Below, one piece after another: positions 8,960 to 18,885 of a stretch of 64,000 nt of DNA. Location: NCBI GenBank assembly GCA_965213675.1, contig OZ243916.1, positions 192,001 to 256,000 of the forward strand. Direction: 5' to 3'. This DNA comes from an uncultured Candidatus Binatia bacterium (GTDB lineage: Bacteria > Desulfobacterota > Binatia > UBA9968 > JAJDTQ01). The translations under genes were made by a program, and so were the position numbers. Each line of letters opens with the position of its first letter. Within the stretch, counting starts at the first letter, position 1. The notes below the pieces were generated by a model that was not told the DNA's origin, did not search any database, and worked only from the letters and a program-made list of their open reading frames with translations.

Positions 8960-10555
8960 ATGAGCGACAGACCCAATTTTCTCTTCATCATCACGGACCA
9001 GCACCGGGCGGACCATCTGGGCTGCTACGGCAATCCAGTGGTGCGGACACCGCACATCGATGCGCTTGCCGCCGCCGGCACCCGTTTCGAGCGGTTCTAT
9101 ACGGCCACGCCCATCTGCATGCCCAACCGGGCGACGTTGATGACCGGGCGCATGCCCTCGCTCCACGGGGTTCGGCACAACGGCATCCCGCTCTCGCTGG
9201 AAGCGACCACGTTCACCGATGTCCTGTCCGCGGCCGGGTACCAAACGGCGCTCATCGGCAAGTGCCACCTCCAGAGCATCCGGGACGACGTTCCGGTGGT
9301 GGGCATGCCGCAGCCGGACCCGCGGCGCGTCCGGCCGCCGGAGCATCTGCGGGAAGCGCGAAAAGATGCCGGCGGGCGCTACGACCAGGAGCTGCCGTCC
9401 ACGTGGGCGGGGGATCCGGAGTTCGAGCCGGTGCTGCCCTACTACGGGTTCCAGCACATGGAGCTGTGCATCAAGCACGCGGACCAGGTGGTGGGACACT
9501 ACGAACGATGGCTGCGCGCGCGCCACCCGGCCCCGGACTCGCTGCGTGGGCGCGCCCACGAGCTTCCCGGCAACGCCTGCGCGGCGCCTCAGGCGTGGCG
9601 CACCCGCGTGCCTGAAGAGCTTTATCCCACGAGCTACGTGGCCGAGCGCACCGTGGCGTTCCTGGAAGAACACGCGCGCTCCGGCCGGAACCAGCCGTTC
9701 TTCCTCCAATGCTCGTTCCCGGACCCGCATCACGCGTTCACGCCGCCGGGTCGGTACTGGGACATGTACCATCCGGAGGAGATCGCCCTGCCGGGCTCTT
9801 TCCACCACGGCGAACAGCCGGTCCCGCCGCATCTGGCACGGCTCTACGAGGAGCGCGACCGGGGCGAGGCCAACCGTAACGGTCAGCGCGCCTTCGCGGT
9901 CACGGCCCGGGAGGTGCGCGAAGCCATCGCCCTCACCTACGGCATGATCACCATGATCGACGACGCCATCGGCCGCATCCGGACGCGGCTGGAGGAGTTG
10001 AATCTGGCGGAGGACACCGTGATCGTCTTCACCAGCGACCATGGCGACTTCATGGGCGATCATCAGCTTCTGCTCAAGGCGGCGCTGCACTATCGCGGCC
10101 TCGTGCGGGTGCCGTTCATCTGGGTCGATCCGGCCACGGGAACCAGGGGCGTGGTGCAGCCAGGGCTGTGCGGCACCCTGGACCTGCCCAGCACGATCCT
10201 GGACCGGGCGGGCCTGGAAGGGCACAACGGCATGCAGGGGGCAAGCCTCCTGTCCGCCATGGACGGCGCCGCCACGGGCTACGATTCCCTGCTCATCGAG
10301 GAGCATCAGCGCCGCGGCTACATGGGCTTGCCCAACAACTTCCGCGCCCGCACCCTCATCACTCCGGACCGCAGGCTGACCCTCTACGAAGGCGCCGGCT
10401 GGGGCGAAGTCTACGACCTCGCCAACGACCCGGACGAGATGCACAACCTCTGGGATGATCCCGGCTCCCGGCGCACAGAACTCCTGGAGATTCTCGCCCG
10501 CCAGATGATGGACCTCACGGACACGAGCCCCCTGGCCACGCATCACGGACCGTAG
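8960..10555 (+). CDS. Sulfatase-family hydrolase (Cys-type formylglycine)
   Basis: RPNFLFIITDQHRAD, CMPNRATLMTG (CxPxR), GKCH, DPHH, FTSDHGD. Confidence 0.93.
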   Translation: MSDRPNFLFIITDQHRADHLGCYGNPVVRTPHIDALAAAGTRFERFYTATPICMPNRATLMTGRMPSLHGVRHNGIPLSLEATTFTDVLSAAGYQTALIGKCHLQSIRDDVPVVGMPQPDPRRVRPPEHLREARKDAGGRYDQELPSTWAGDPEFEPVLPYYGFQHMELCIKHADQVVGHYERWLRARHPAPDSLRGRAHELPGNACAAPQAWRTRVPEELYPTSYVAERTVAFLEEHARSGRNQPFFLQCSFPDPHHAFTPPGRYWDMYHPEEIALPGSFHHGEQPVPPHLARLYEERDRGEANRNGQRAFAVTAREVREAIALTYGMITMIDDAIGRIRTRLEELNLAEDTVIVFTSDHGDFMGDHQLLLKAALHYRGLVRVPFIWVDPATGTRGVVQPGLCGTLDLPSTILDRAGLEGHNGMQGASLLSAMDGAATGYDSLLIEEHQRRGYMGLPNNFRARTLITPDRRLTLYEGAGWGEVYDLANDPDEMHNLWDDPGSRRTELLEILARQMMDLTDTSPLATHHGP

Positions 10556-10647
10556 AGCGGGGCACGCCTTGGGCCACCGAGTCCGATGGCAAGCGGGCTG
10601 GAGGCAACACAATGGGCGCCGAAGGCATTTGTGCCAGCACTCGCTGC

Positions 10648-11577
10648 TTACAACGGCACCGCCTCGCCGCCCTCGGGCACCCTGTCCTTGTCGAGGTGCT
10701 TGAGCGCTTGGTAGACGAAGTCGTGGCCGAAGACTTCGGTCCAGCCTTGTTGCAGGCGCCCGACCACGGGGCCGGGTTTGCCGTCGCCGATGGGGTTGCC
10801 GTTGATGCGCGTCAGCGGCAGCACGCAGCGCGACGTGGTGGTCATGAAGGCTTCGTCGGCGTTCATGATGTCGTACAACTGGAAGTGGGTTTCCTCCACG
10901 GGAATGTTCAGGTGCCGGGCAACCTCCAGCACCGCGCCCCGCGTGACGCCTGACAGAATGGTCTGCACGGGCGCGGTGACCAGCGCGCCGGCGCGCACGA
11001 TCCAGAAATTGGCCGCGGTGAGTTCCGTGACGTTGCCGTCCAGGCTCAACAGCAGGGCATAGGCCTCGGGGTCCACCAACTGGGCCTGCTGCTCTGCCAG
11101 CCACAGGTGCATCCGGCTGGTGCTCTTGATCTTGGGGTCCCACACCTGGGTGGGGATGGCGCGGATGTGCGTGGTGATGACGTGGCCGCCGTAGATGTAG
11201 TGGTGGGCGAACTTGTTGAAGGCGATGGGCTCGCACAGGATCACCACCGTGGCCCGGCCGGCGGCGTCCGGGCCGCGGGACACGTAGTGCCCCACGAAAT
11301 AGTCCTGGTCGGGTCCCAGCAACTCGCGGTTCTGCCGCACCAGCTCCAGCGTGGTTTCGTGCATTTCGCCGACGGCCATGCCGGGGTCCAGCCGCACCGC
11401 CTTCATGGAGCGATACAATCGCGCCAGGTGCCGGTCCAGGTGGAATATCTCACCCTGGAAGGTGCGCGTCCGTTCGAACACGCCCAAGCCGGAAAGAAAA
11501 CCGCGATCAAAGATGGAGATGCTCGCCCGACTCTCGGGGACGAACTCGCCGTTGACGTATGCCGTGCGTTCCGACAT
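10648..11577 (-). CDS. Aminotransferase class IV (branched-chain/D-amino acid type, PLP)
   Basis: AYVNGEFV, SIFDRGF, HLARL, catalytic-region KIKSTSR, ILSGVTR, ADEAFMTTT, IGDGKPGP. Confidence 0.9.
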   Translation of the reverse strand: MSERTAYVNGEFVPESRASISIFDRGFLSGLGVFERTRTFQGEIFHLDRHLARLYRSMKAVRLDPGMAVGEMHETTLELVRQNRELLGPDQDYFVGHYVSRGPDAAGRATVVILCEPIAFNKFAHHYIYGGHVITTHIRAIPTQVWDPKIKSTSRMHLWLAEQQAQLVDPEAYALLLSLDGNVTELTAANFWIVRAGALVTAPVQTILSGVTRGAVLEVARHLNIPVEETHFQLYDIMNADEAFMTTTSRCVLPLTRINGNPIGDGKPGPVVGRLQQGWTEVFGHDFVYQALKHLDKDRVPEGGEAVPL

Positions 11578-11685
11578 GGAAAACTCCCTTCCGAAAATGT
11601 GGGGTTCCATCGTAGGACGTTCGGCGGGCATCTGTAAACCGTGTTGCATGCAGCGCCGAATCGCCGGGGAGGCCACGCGGCGGCG

Positions 11686-12315
11686 TCAATGGGCTTCGGT
11701 CAGCACCCGGAGCAGTTCGGCGGGGGAATCCACGAGGTAGTCGGGGGCTTCCTTGGCGAGCGTGTCGCGGCTCTGATAGCCCCAGGTGACTGCCGCGGTG
11801 CGGACGCCGGCGGCGTGGCCGTGGCGTATGTCTCCGCGCGTGTCACCGATCATGAAGGCTTCACACGCGGGAACGGCGAAGCGTTTCAGCGAGTGACGGA
11901 TCTTGTCACTCTTGTCGCCGGGCAGGCGGGCGTCGAGCACCAGGGAGACGCAGGCGTCCATCCCGTGGCGGGCGAGGCCGCGCCGGACCAGGGGGTCGTA
12001 GTTGGAGGTGACGAGCACCAGGGTGTGCTTCCCGGAGAGCGTCTTCAGTACATCGGGGATACCGGGAAACAGGGCAGGCTCATGGCCGTCGGCGGCCAGC
12101 ACTTCGTGGATGCGACGGGTGTAGTCTGAAATGCGATCCTCCGGCACGCCCAGCAGGGCGGCCACGCCCGCGGCGTTGAGATCCTCGATGGTCTCGAAGT
12201 CGTGCCGTGTCGGCGGACGGCCCAGACCGGTGTCCACGGCGGTGCGCTGAAAGGCGGACAGCAACGCATCGAAGGAGTCGACGATCACGCCGTCGTAGTC
12301 GAAGTGGAGCAACAT
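11686..12315 (-). CDS. HAD-family hydrolase (phosphoglycolate phosphatase-like)
   Basis: FDYDGVIVDS, VTSN, MIGDTRGDI, VTWGY. Confidence 0.9.
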   Translation of the reverse strand: MLLHFDYDGVIVDSFDALLSAFQRTAVDTGLGRPPTRHDFETIEDLNAAGVAALLGVPEDRISDYTRRIHEVLAADGHEPALFPGIPDVLKTLSGKHTLVLVTSNYDPLVRRGLARHGMDACVSLVLDARLPGDKSDKIRHSLKRFAVPACEAFMIGDTRGDIRHGHAAGVRTAAVTWGYQSRDTLAKEAPDYLVDSPAELLRVLTEAH

Positions 12316-12330
12316 GCGGACCGTTGCGGA

Positions 12331-13386
12331 CTACGCCGCGGCGCTGCCCTCCGCCACGGGGCGCACCTCCTCCATCAGGCGCGCGACGATGTCCAGCGAC
12401 GAGAGTCCCTCGGCCTGGGCCTTGAAGTTGGGGATGATGCGGTGGCGCATGACCGACGGCGCCATGGCCTGGACGTCTTCCACCGACACCGCGAAACGCC
12501 CGTCCAGCAGGGTGCGGGCCTTGCTGCCCAGCACCAGGAACTGGGACGCCCGCGGCCCCGCGCCCCATTCGACGTAGTTCTTCACCATTTCGGGCGCCTG
12601 GGGATTGGCCGGGCGGGTGGCCTGGGCCAGGGAAACGGCGTAGTTCACGACAAAGGGCGACACCGGCACCCGCCGCACGAGGTCCTGGCATGCGAGGATC
12701 GCCGGTCCGTCCATGACCTTGGCGGGCTCGGGCCGGTTGGTGGAGGTGGTCTGCATCACGATCTGCACTTCGTCCTCCAGGGGCGGGTACGAGACTTCGA
12801 TGTTCAGCATGAAGCGGTCGAGCTGCGCCTCCGGCAGGGGATAGGTCCCCTCTTGCTCGATGGGGTTCTGGGTGGCGAGAACGAAGAAGGGCAAATCCAG
12901 CGGGTAGGTGGTGCCGCCGGCCGTGACGCGGTACTCCTGCATGGACTGAAGCAGCGCCGCCTGGGTCTTGGGGGGAGTCCGGTTGATCTCGTCAGCGAGC
13001 AGCACGTTGGTGAAGATCGGCCCCTTCAGGAATTGGAGCCGGCGCCGGCCCGTGTCGGCGTCCTCCTGCAGGATGTCGGTGCCGGTGATGTCCGATGGCA
13101 TCAGGTCCGGCGTGAACTGGATCCGGTTGAATTCGAGGTCCAGCACGTCGGCCAGGGTGCTGATGAGCAGGGTCTTGGCCAGTCCCGGCACCCCCATCAA
13201 CAGGCAATGGCCCCTGGAGAAGAGCGCGATGAGCACTTCGTCGATAACCTTGTCCTGCCCCACGATGACCTTGCGTATCTCCGCGAGCATCGTGCTCCGT
13301 TTCTCGCCGAATTCCTCGATGGCCGCCAGTTCCTGATCCAGAAGTTGCGCTTCGCCGGCGCTGGCGTTCTTGTCGGTGTCGTCCAT
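12331..13386 (-). CDS. moxR: MoxR-family AAA+ ATPase
   Basis: GVPGLAKT Walker A, RIQFTPDLMPSDITG, LLADEINR, ATQNPIEQEGTYPLPEAQLDRF. Confidence 0.95.
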   Translation of the reverse strand: MDDTDKNASAGEAQLLDQELAAIEEFGEKRSTMLAEIRKVIVGQDKVIDEVLIALFSRGHCLLMGVPGLAKTLLISTLADVLDLEFNRIQFTPDLMPSDITGTDILQEDADTGRRRLQFLKGPIFTNVLLADEINRTPPKTQAALLQSMQEYRVTAGGTTYPLDLPFFVLATQNPIEQEGTYPLPEAQLDRFMLNIEVSYPPLEDEVQIVMQTTSTNRPEPAKVMDGPAILACQDLVRRVPVSPFVVNYAVSLAQATRPANPQAPEMVKNYVEWGAGPRASQFLVLGSKARTLLDGRFAVSVEDVQAMAPSVMRHRIIPNFKAQAEGLSSLDIVARLMEEVRPVAEGSAAA

Positions 13387-13438
13387 GGTGATGTGATTCC
13401 TTCCGGTTGCGGTGGCCTCGAAGACGGGCGTGTCCGCG

Positions 13439-15043
13439 TCATCCGCGCAGCCTCCGCATCACCTCGCGGTTCTTGCGCGCGCTCGACTCGTCGCCGATGG
13501 CCTCGTAGACCTGACCGAGGACGCGATAGACGCCGGGGTGAAACGGATTGATCTGGAGCGCTTCCCGCAGGGCTTGGCGCGCGCGCACGTGATGGCCCGT
13601 GGCGTGGTGGAGCCGGCCCTTGAGAAAGTACGTGTGTACCGCGTCGGGATCAAGGTAGCCCGCCTTGTCGAGGTGCGGCAAGGCCTCGTCGTAGCGTCGC
13701 GACTGAATCAGCGTTTCGCTCAGCCGGTTGAGGATGACGGTGGAGTTGGGGCCGGCGCGGAGGGCCCGGCGGTACTCGGCGCTGGCGGCCCGGAGCCGGC
13801 CGCGCTCGCGCAGGCGGTCGCCCAGGTGGGTGCGGTTGCGGGCGATTTCGGACTGAATTTCGTCCAGCTCCACGGCGGCGGCCTGGTCCCCCTCCTCCGC
13901 CAGCTTGTACGACCGGATGCGGCTGCCGGGCACCGCGGTCAACCCCTGGCCTTCGACGAAGTTCCGCCAGTCCGCCTCGAACCCGTCCAGCGGTGTGCCC
14001 ATCACCGCCTCGATGGCTTCCGCGGTGGACAGCCGCTTCACCAGGGACAGCACATCCCGGATGCCCGCCGGCCCCTTGGTCCGGGTAATGTAGTCCACCG
14101 CCGATGCCACCTCCGCGTAGGCAAGCTGGACCTGCTCCGGCGTTTCCAGGCGAATCAGGGACGGCTCCATGTCCTTGAAGCTCACGAACTCCTGTTGTGC
14201 GACGGCCGTGGCCAGCAGGGTCTCGTTGGCCGGGGTGAGGTAGTCGGGGCGCTCTCCCTGGGCCGGGTTGCGCCACACCGTCTCGTAATAACGCGCAATG
14301 CCTTCGTGCAGCCAGATGGGCGCCTTGTTGCGGGTCAGGTGGACGATGGCCAGGTGGATGTACTCGTGCACCAGCGAATCGAGCCAGCGGTAGCCGCGGG
14401 CCATCACCCGCGGCGAGATGACCATGAGCTTGTTGAACTTGCACAGTCCGATGGCGCCGGTTTCCTCGATGTCCCGCAGGGTGAACGTGGTGATGGCCAT
14501 GAAGGCGCGCGAGTCCGGCGCGATTTCGATGCGCGCCTTGCCGCGTGGCCAGTAGCCCAGGGCGCGCCCCACCTCCTGGTGCGCCTGTTCCAGGGCCGCC
14601 AGCGCCGGTTCCACGAGGATGCCGTCGCTCTCCTCGTGCAGGTGCAGCACGAAGTGGTCGCTCTCGTAGCGCTTGAACTGCGCGGTGACGTCGTGGGTCT
14701 GCTGCAGCAGCAGGCGCAGGGCCTGGCGCCGCTCGTCCTCAGCGTCCACCGCCAGGGCCTTCTCCACGGTTCGCAGGGCCTTGTCGTAATCGCCTTCGTA
14801 GTAGGCCAGAAGCGCCGCCAGATCCAGCGCGTCCAGCGAGCCGGGGTCGGCGTCCAGGAGGCGGTCCACCACCACGCGGGCTTCTTGAACCGCCCAGGCG
14901 CCGATCAAATCCCGTGCCTCCTCCACGGCGGATGCAGGCGCGGTCCCGTCCACGGCGTGGCCCGGAGCCGGGGCGCCCAGTATGAGCAGGCCTGCGAGCC
15001 ACAGGGCATGCCACGCCGCTCTGAGCACTAGTCGTTTCGTCAT
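13439..15043 (-). CDS. Secreted TPR protein with peptidase MA (gluzincin) domain
   Basis: Signal peptide; TPR-like helices at both ends; HEYIH...PIWLHEG zinc motif. Confidence 0.8.
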   Translation of the reverse strand: MTKRLVLRAAWHALWLAGLLILGAPAPGHAVDGTAPASAVEEARDLIGAWAVQEARVVVDRLLDADPGSLDALDLAALLAYYEGDYDKALRTVEKALAVDAEDERRQALRLLLQQTHDVTAQFKRYESDHFVLHLHEESDGILVEPALAALEQAHQEVGRALGYWPRGKARIEIAPDSRAFMAITTFTLRDIEETGAIGLCKFNKLMVISPRVMARGYRWLDSLVHEYIHLAIVHLTRNKAPIWLHEGIARYYETVWRNPAQGERPDYLTPANETLLATAVAQQEFVSFKDMEPSLIRLETPEQVQLAYAEVASAVDYITRTKGPAGIRDVLSLVKRLSTAEAIEAVMGTPLDGFEADWRNFVEGQGLTAVPGSRIRSYKLAEEGDQAAAVELDEIQSEIARNRTHLGDRLRERGRLRAASAEYRRALRAGPNSTVILNRLSETLIQSRRYDEALPHLDKAGYLDPDAVHTYFLKGRLHHATGHHVRARQALREALQINPFHPGVYRVLGQVYEAIGDESSARKNREVMRRLRG

Positions 15044-15116
15044 GGTTTCAGAACCGTTGTTGCCGGAGCCGGCCGGAGGTGCGCCCGTGTCATGAGCCAG
15101 GCCGCCGCGCGGCGCG

Positions 15117-18100
15117 CTACTGTGACAACTCCCGGAAGTAGCGTTCGATCTGTTCCCTGAATTGTTCGGGCACGCCCTCCTTGAGCGATTCCAGGACCTC
15201 CTCGCGGAAGCGGTCGGGCCGGTAGTCGTCCTTGCCGGGCAGCTTGAACTTTTCCGTATCCAGTCCGGTGAGGTTGTCGTCGATGTCGTGCTCGGGGAAC
15301 TGGGGCGCGCCGGTCGGAGGCAGGAACTCGCCCGAGGGCAGGAACCGGCCCCGGCGGAAGACGTTCACCAGCGGGACGCGGCCGAAGCGGCCACGCTGCG
15401 CCATCCGCTGCATCGCCTGCTGCATCTGCTGACTCGACTGGGACAGGCGGCTGATGGCCTCCAGCTCGGGCGGAATGGCTTCCCCTGGGCGCAGCGAGCC
15501 CAATTCGTGTTGCGCCTCGCCCATGAACTCCCGCGCTTCGGCGATGCCGTTGACGATCTTCGGGTCGAGGGAAGGGAAGAGCTGGAACAGGTGCCGGAGG
15601 CGGGCGACGAGGTCGCGGGTGCGGCGCTCCAGTACGTCCTCGCGCGTGGCCAGCGAGCGCGTGGCCTCCTTCTGTTCGGGCGTCAGCTCGGGACCGGGGA
15701 GGGCGGCGATGGCCTCGTAGGCGCGCGTCAATTCGGTCAGGATGGCCAAGGCGGCGTTCTGCGCGGTGTCCAGTTCGCCCATTCCCGCCAGCTCTCCGAT
15801 TGCCGGTTCAAGCCGCTTGGACAGCGTGTCGAAGTCGCGGTTCTTCAGCATGTCGCGCAGTCCTGTCAGGAGCCCCCGGACGGCTTCCTGGCGCTCCCGT
15901 TCCGCCGGCGTGCGTTGGCTGTCGCTTTCCAGGTCGGGGGCGGCCAGCAGGTGCTCCAGCACCGCCAAGTCGGTTTGCGCTGCAGCCGCAAGTTCCCGTG
16001 TGGCCTGCTCGCGGAGATCCTCCAACTTCCCGGTGGCCTCCTTGTGGGTGCGTTCCGTGTCCAGGAGAATCTGCTGCTGTTCCTGCAGGATCTCCATGAG
16101 CTCGTTGCCGGACTGATTCATGGCCCCCTGCATGCGCGACATCATTTGGCCTTGGGCCTGTTGCTGTCCGCTGCGCAGCATGGCCGCCAACTGCGCCATC
16201 TGGTTGAACATCTCCCGCGCCATCTGCAACGCGCCCTCGATGTCGCCTTCCTGGAGCTTCTGGCGGATCTGCTCCATCATGGAGCGCATGTCCGAGAAGG
16301 GCATGTTGCGCATGGACGACGGGTTGACGAACTCGTTGGGCATCTGCCGCGCGAACTGCATGAGCGAAGCCTGAAGCTCCTGGAGCTGCTGCGCCATTCG
16401 GGACAGCTCCTGGAGTACTTCGTCGAGCTCCTTGTTGCCGCTCCGCAGCTTCTCCAGCGACTCCAGGAATCTCTCCTGGTTCTTGGCCATGTCGCGGGCG
16501 GTGGCGGCCATGTCCTGGCTGGTCATCCGGCGGCTCACGTCCTCGCTCAGCATGGAGAGCCGTTCCAACTCCGTGGCCATGGCGTCGTGGGCATGTTCGC
16601 GTTCTTCCGGCGACGCTGCCGCGCGCATCCGCTCCAGCAGGTCCTCCCGCGCATGTTGGAGGTTGCGCTTCAGGGTCTCCAGGTCGGACCATGTGGCGAA
16701 GTCGCTGATGCGGTCCTCACGCGTGCGCTGCAAGGTGTCGTCCACGCGCTGCATCATCCGGTCGAGTCCCCCGGCCAGCCGCTCAATCGGTGGGTCGGCC
16801 GCCTGCACGTCACCGTCCGCCTGGCCCGGCGGCGCCTCCAGGTGGTCGCCCAGGAGGTCCACCATCTTGTCCGAGATGTCGCGGATCATCTCCGCGACCT
16901 GGCGATGCTCGGCCTTGAGGTTCTTGAGGCGCAGGCTCAGCGGGCGCGACTTGCCCAGTTTCGGGCCCGAAATGGTGTCGTTGTCCTGAACCTCGAGGTG
17001 ATAGACCACGACGTCGCCTTCCTCCAGGCGCATGCCGTCGAGATCCCAGATGAAGGTCTCCCGGAGCTCCCGCGCCAGATCGGCGCGCCACACGGGAATG
17101 CGCTCCTCGCGCTCGCCGATGGTGGCCACGAGCGTGATCTCCTGGAGGCCGTAGTCGTCGCTGGCGCGGTACTCCAGGGCGATGCGTTCGTCGCCGTTCA
17201 CCTCCAGGTCTTCCGCGGGCTTCAGCAGTTCCACCACCGGAAAACCGTCGGGCACGGCGTGCATGGCGTAGGGAATCGGAAGGTTCTCGAAGCCGAAGGC
17301 GTCTTCGATCCGGATGCGGTATGGCTGCGAGCGGAACAGCACGAGGCTCCCCTGGACCACGTCGCCGGTGACCTTGAGCGGCACCTCCCGGCCGTCGTCC
17401 AGGGCCAGCACGGCTCCGGACACATCCTTGTTGGCGGTGGCCGAGAAGTTCAAGGTGGAGCCCTTGATGCCGCGCACGTTGCCGCCGGTGAAGGTCTGGT
17501 CCGGCAGGCCGGTGTAGTGGGGTGGGTAGAGGGTGACCCTGAGGCCGGTCACGGCCGGACGGTCCACCGCGGTGATCCGGTACCAGGGCGAGGCGAAGGG
17601 CCCGGTTGCCACGCGATAGTCCAGGTCCTCGTTCACCTCCGGCAGCGCCACCGCGTAGCGGTTTCCCGCGCCGGCATCGCCGCCGGGTTTCATGGCTACG
17701 GTCCGGGCCGCTTCGTCGTCGCCGCCGTGCGCGGAGGGCGGCCGCCTGAATGCGAGATGGACCGCGTCCGGCTGCGCGCCGGATGTGACGGCCTCCACCG
17801 AGACCGCGGCGCCGCGGATGACGCGGGCGTCGCCGGTCACGACCTCGATGAATATCTCCGCGGGAGGCAAGTGCTCCAGCGGATGCGCCACCAGCGCCAG
17901 CGTGCGTGCGGGGAACCCCGGATGCCACAGGGCCAGCGCGAGGACCGGGGCCGCGGCCAGGGCCAGGATACGCGCCTTGGCCCGGAGCGGCCGGACGTCC
18001 ACCAGTTCAGAGGGTTGCATGTCGCCGATCTGCGTACGGGTCTGACGGATGAGCGCGAGGATCATCGGGGTCGAGACCCCGGCGGCAGGGTCCGGGCCCT

Positions 18101-18440
18101 TGATCTGCGGGTAGAGTTGCAGGGAGTTGATCAGGTTGTTGCGCAGTTCCGGGCGTTGCCGCTCGATGGCGCGCGCCGCCCACGCCAGGCCGCGCGGGCG
18201 CAGGAACGAGTAAAGGGTGAATACCGCCAGCCCCAGCAGGATCAGTATGGAGCCGACGCTGAAGACCAGGGGCGCGTAGAGCAGCCGCTCCTTCACCATG
18301 TCGACGCCAATGCCCAGCGCACCCAGCACCGCCAGCGCGGTGCCCGCGAGGCAAAGTGCTTCCAGCCCTTCGACGTTTCTCAGCCGGGTCACGAACTTCC
18401 TCAGGAATTCGTCGATGGGACGGTATTCTTCTTCGTGCAA
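15117..18440 (-). CDS. DUF4175-family large membrane/coiled-coil protein (start uncertain, TTG 18440 proposed)
   Basis: N-terminal TMs, LINSLQL, PPHYTG, ASDDYGL, DNDTISGPK, Gln/Met-rich coiled coil, C-terminal IERYFREL. Confidence 0.8.
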   Translation of the reverse strand: MHEEEYRPIDEFLRKFVTRLRNVEGLEALCLAGTALAVLGALGIGVDMVKERLLYAPLVFSVGSILILLGLAVFTLYSFLRPRGLAWAARAIERQRPELRNNLINSLQLYPQIKGPDPAAGVSTPMILALIRQTRTQIGDMQPSELVDVRPLRAKARILALAAAPVLALALWHPGFPARTLALVAHPLEHLPPAEIFIEVVTGDARVIRGAAVSVEAVTSGAQPDAVHLAFRRPPSAHGGDDEAARTVAMKPGGDAGAGNRYAVALPEVNEDLDYRVATGPFASPWYRITAVDRPAVTGLRVTLYPPHYTGLPDQTFTGGNVRGIKGSTLNFSATANKDVSGAVLALDDGREVPLKVTGDVVQGSLVLFRSQPYRIRIEDAFGFENLPIPYAMHAVPDGFPVVELLKPAEDLEVNGDERIALEYRASDDYGLQEITLVATIGEREERIPVWRADLARELRETFIWDLDGMRLEEGDVVVYHLEVQDNDTISGPKLGKSRPLSLRLKNLKAEHRQVAEMIRDISDKMVDLLGDHLEAPPGQADGDVQAADPPIERLAGGLDRMMQRVDDTLQRTREDRISDFATWSDLETLKRNLQHAREDLLERMRAAASPEEREHAHDAMATELERLSMLSEDVSRRMTSQDMAATARDMAKNQERFLESLEKLRSGNKELDEVLQELSRMAQQLQELQASLMQFARQMPNEFVNPSSMRNMPFSDMRSMMEQIRQKLQEGDIEGALQMAREMFNQMAQLAAMLRSGQQQAQGQMMSRMQGAMNQSGNELMEILQEQQQILLDTERTHKEATGKLEDLREQATRELAAAAQTDLAVLEHLLAAPDLESDSQRTPAERERQEAVRGLLTGLRDMLKNRDFDTLSKRLEPAIGELAGMGELDTAQNAALAILTELTRAYEAIAALPGPELTPEQKEATRSLATREDVLERRTRDLVARLRHLFQLFPSLDPKIVNGIAEAREFMGEAQHELGSLRPGEAIPPELEAISRLSQSSQQMQQAMQRMAQRGRFGRVPLVNVFRRGRFLPSGEFLPPTGAPQFPEHDIDDNLTGLDTEKFKLPGKDDYRPDRFREEVLESLKEGVPEQFREQIERYFRELSQ

Positions 18441-18767
18441 GGGAGATTCCTTCCCGGCGCCAGAGCGCGGTCGGCCTTGAAGGGCGGATTCCGTGCGTTC
18501 GGCACGAGTCCAAAGTATGCGATTCATTCTAGAGTGTTTTCTCCGTTTGACAAGCGCTCTCGACCGTGGGTGTTGGCGCCCTTCGGCGGCCATGCTTTGT
18601 CGCGGCCACGTCAAACGGCAACGTCAAACGGTAAGTTCAAAGGGTTGGCGTCAGGGAGACGGGGGCGTGGACGCTCCTGGACTTGGGCTCCTTAAACTGG
18701 AAAGCGGTCGGGGCTTGTGTTACGCCTGTGACTTGGCTTTCCGAAACGCGTTGCGCGGGAATCTCTT

Positions 18768-18873
18768 CCCAAGTCTCGTAAGCCCGGGTCCTGAAAGCCC
18801 ATGTCTCTAGAGTCCAAGTCCCGAGAACCCAAGTCCCGAGAGCCTGTTTCCCCGACGGCCCAATCCCCGAAAG
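18768..18873 (+). repeat. Degenerate 15-bp tandem array (consensus CCCAAGTCCCGAGAG, 5-7 units)
   Basis: cccaagtctcgtaag/cccgggtcctgaaag/cccatgtctctagag/tccaagtcccgagaa/cccaagtcccgagag/.../cccaatccccgaaag. Confidence 0.7.
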
Positions 18874-18885
18874 GAACCCTGTTGA

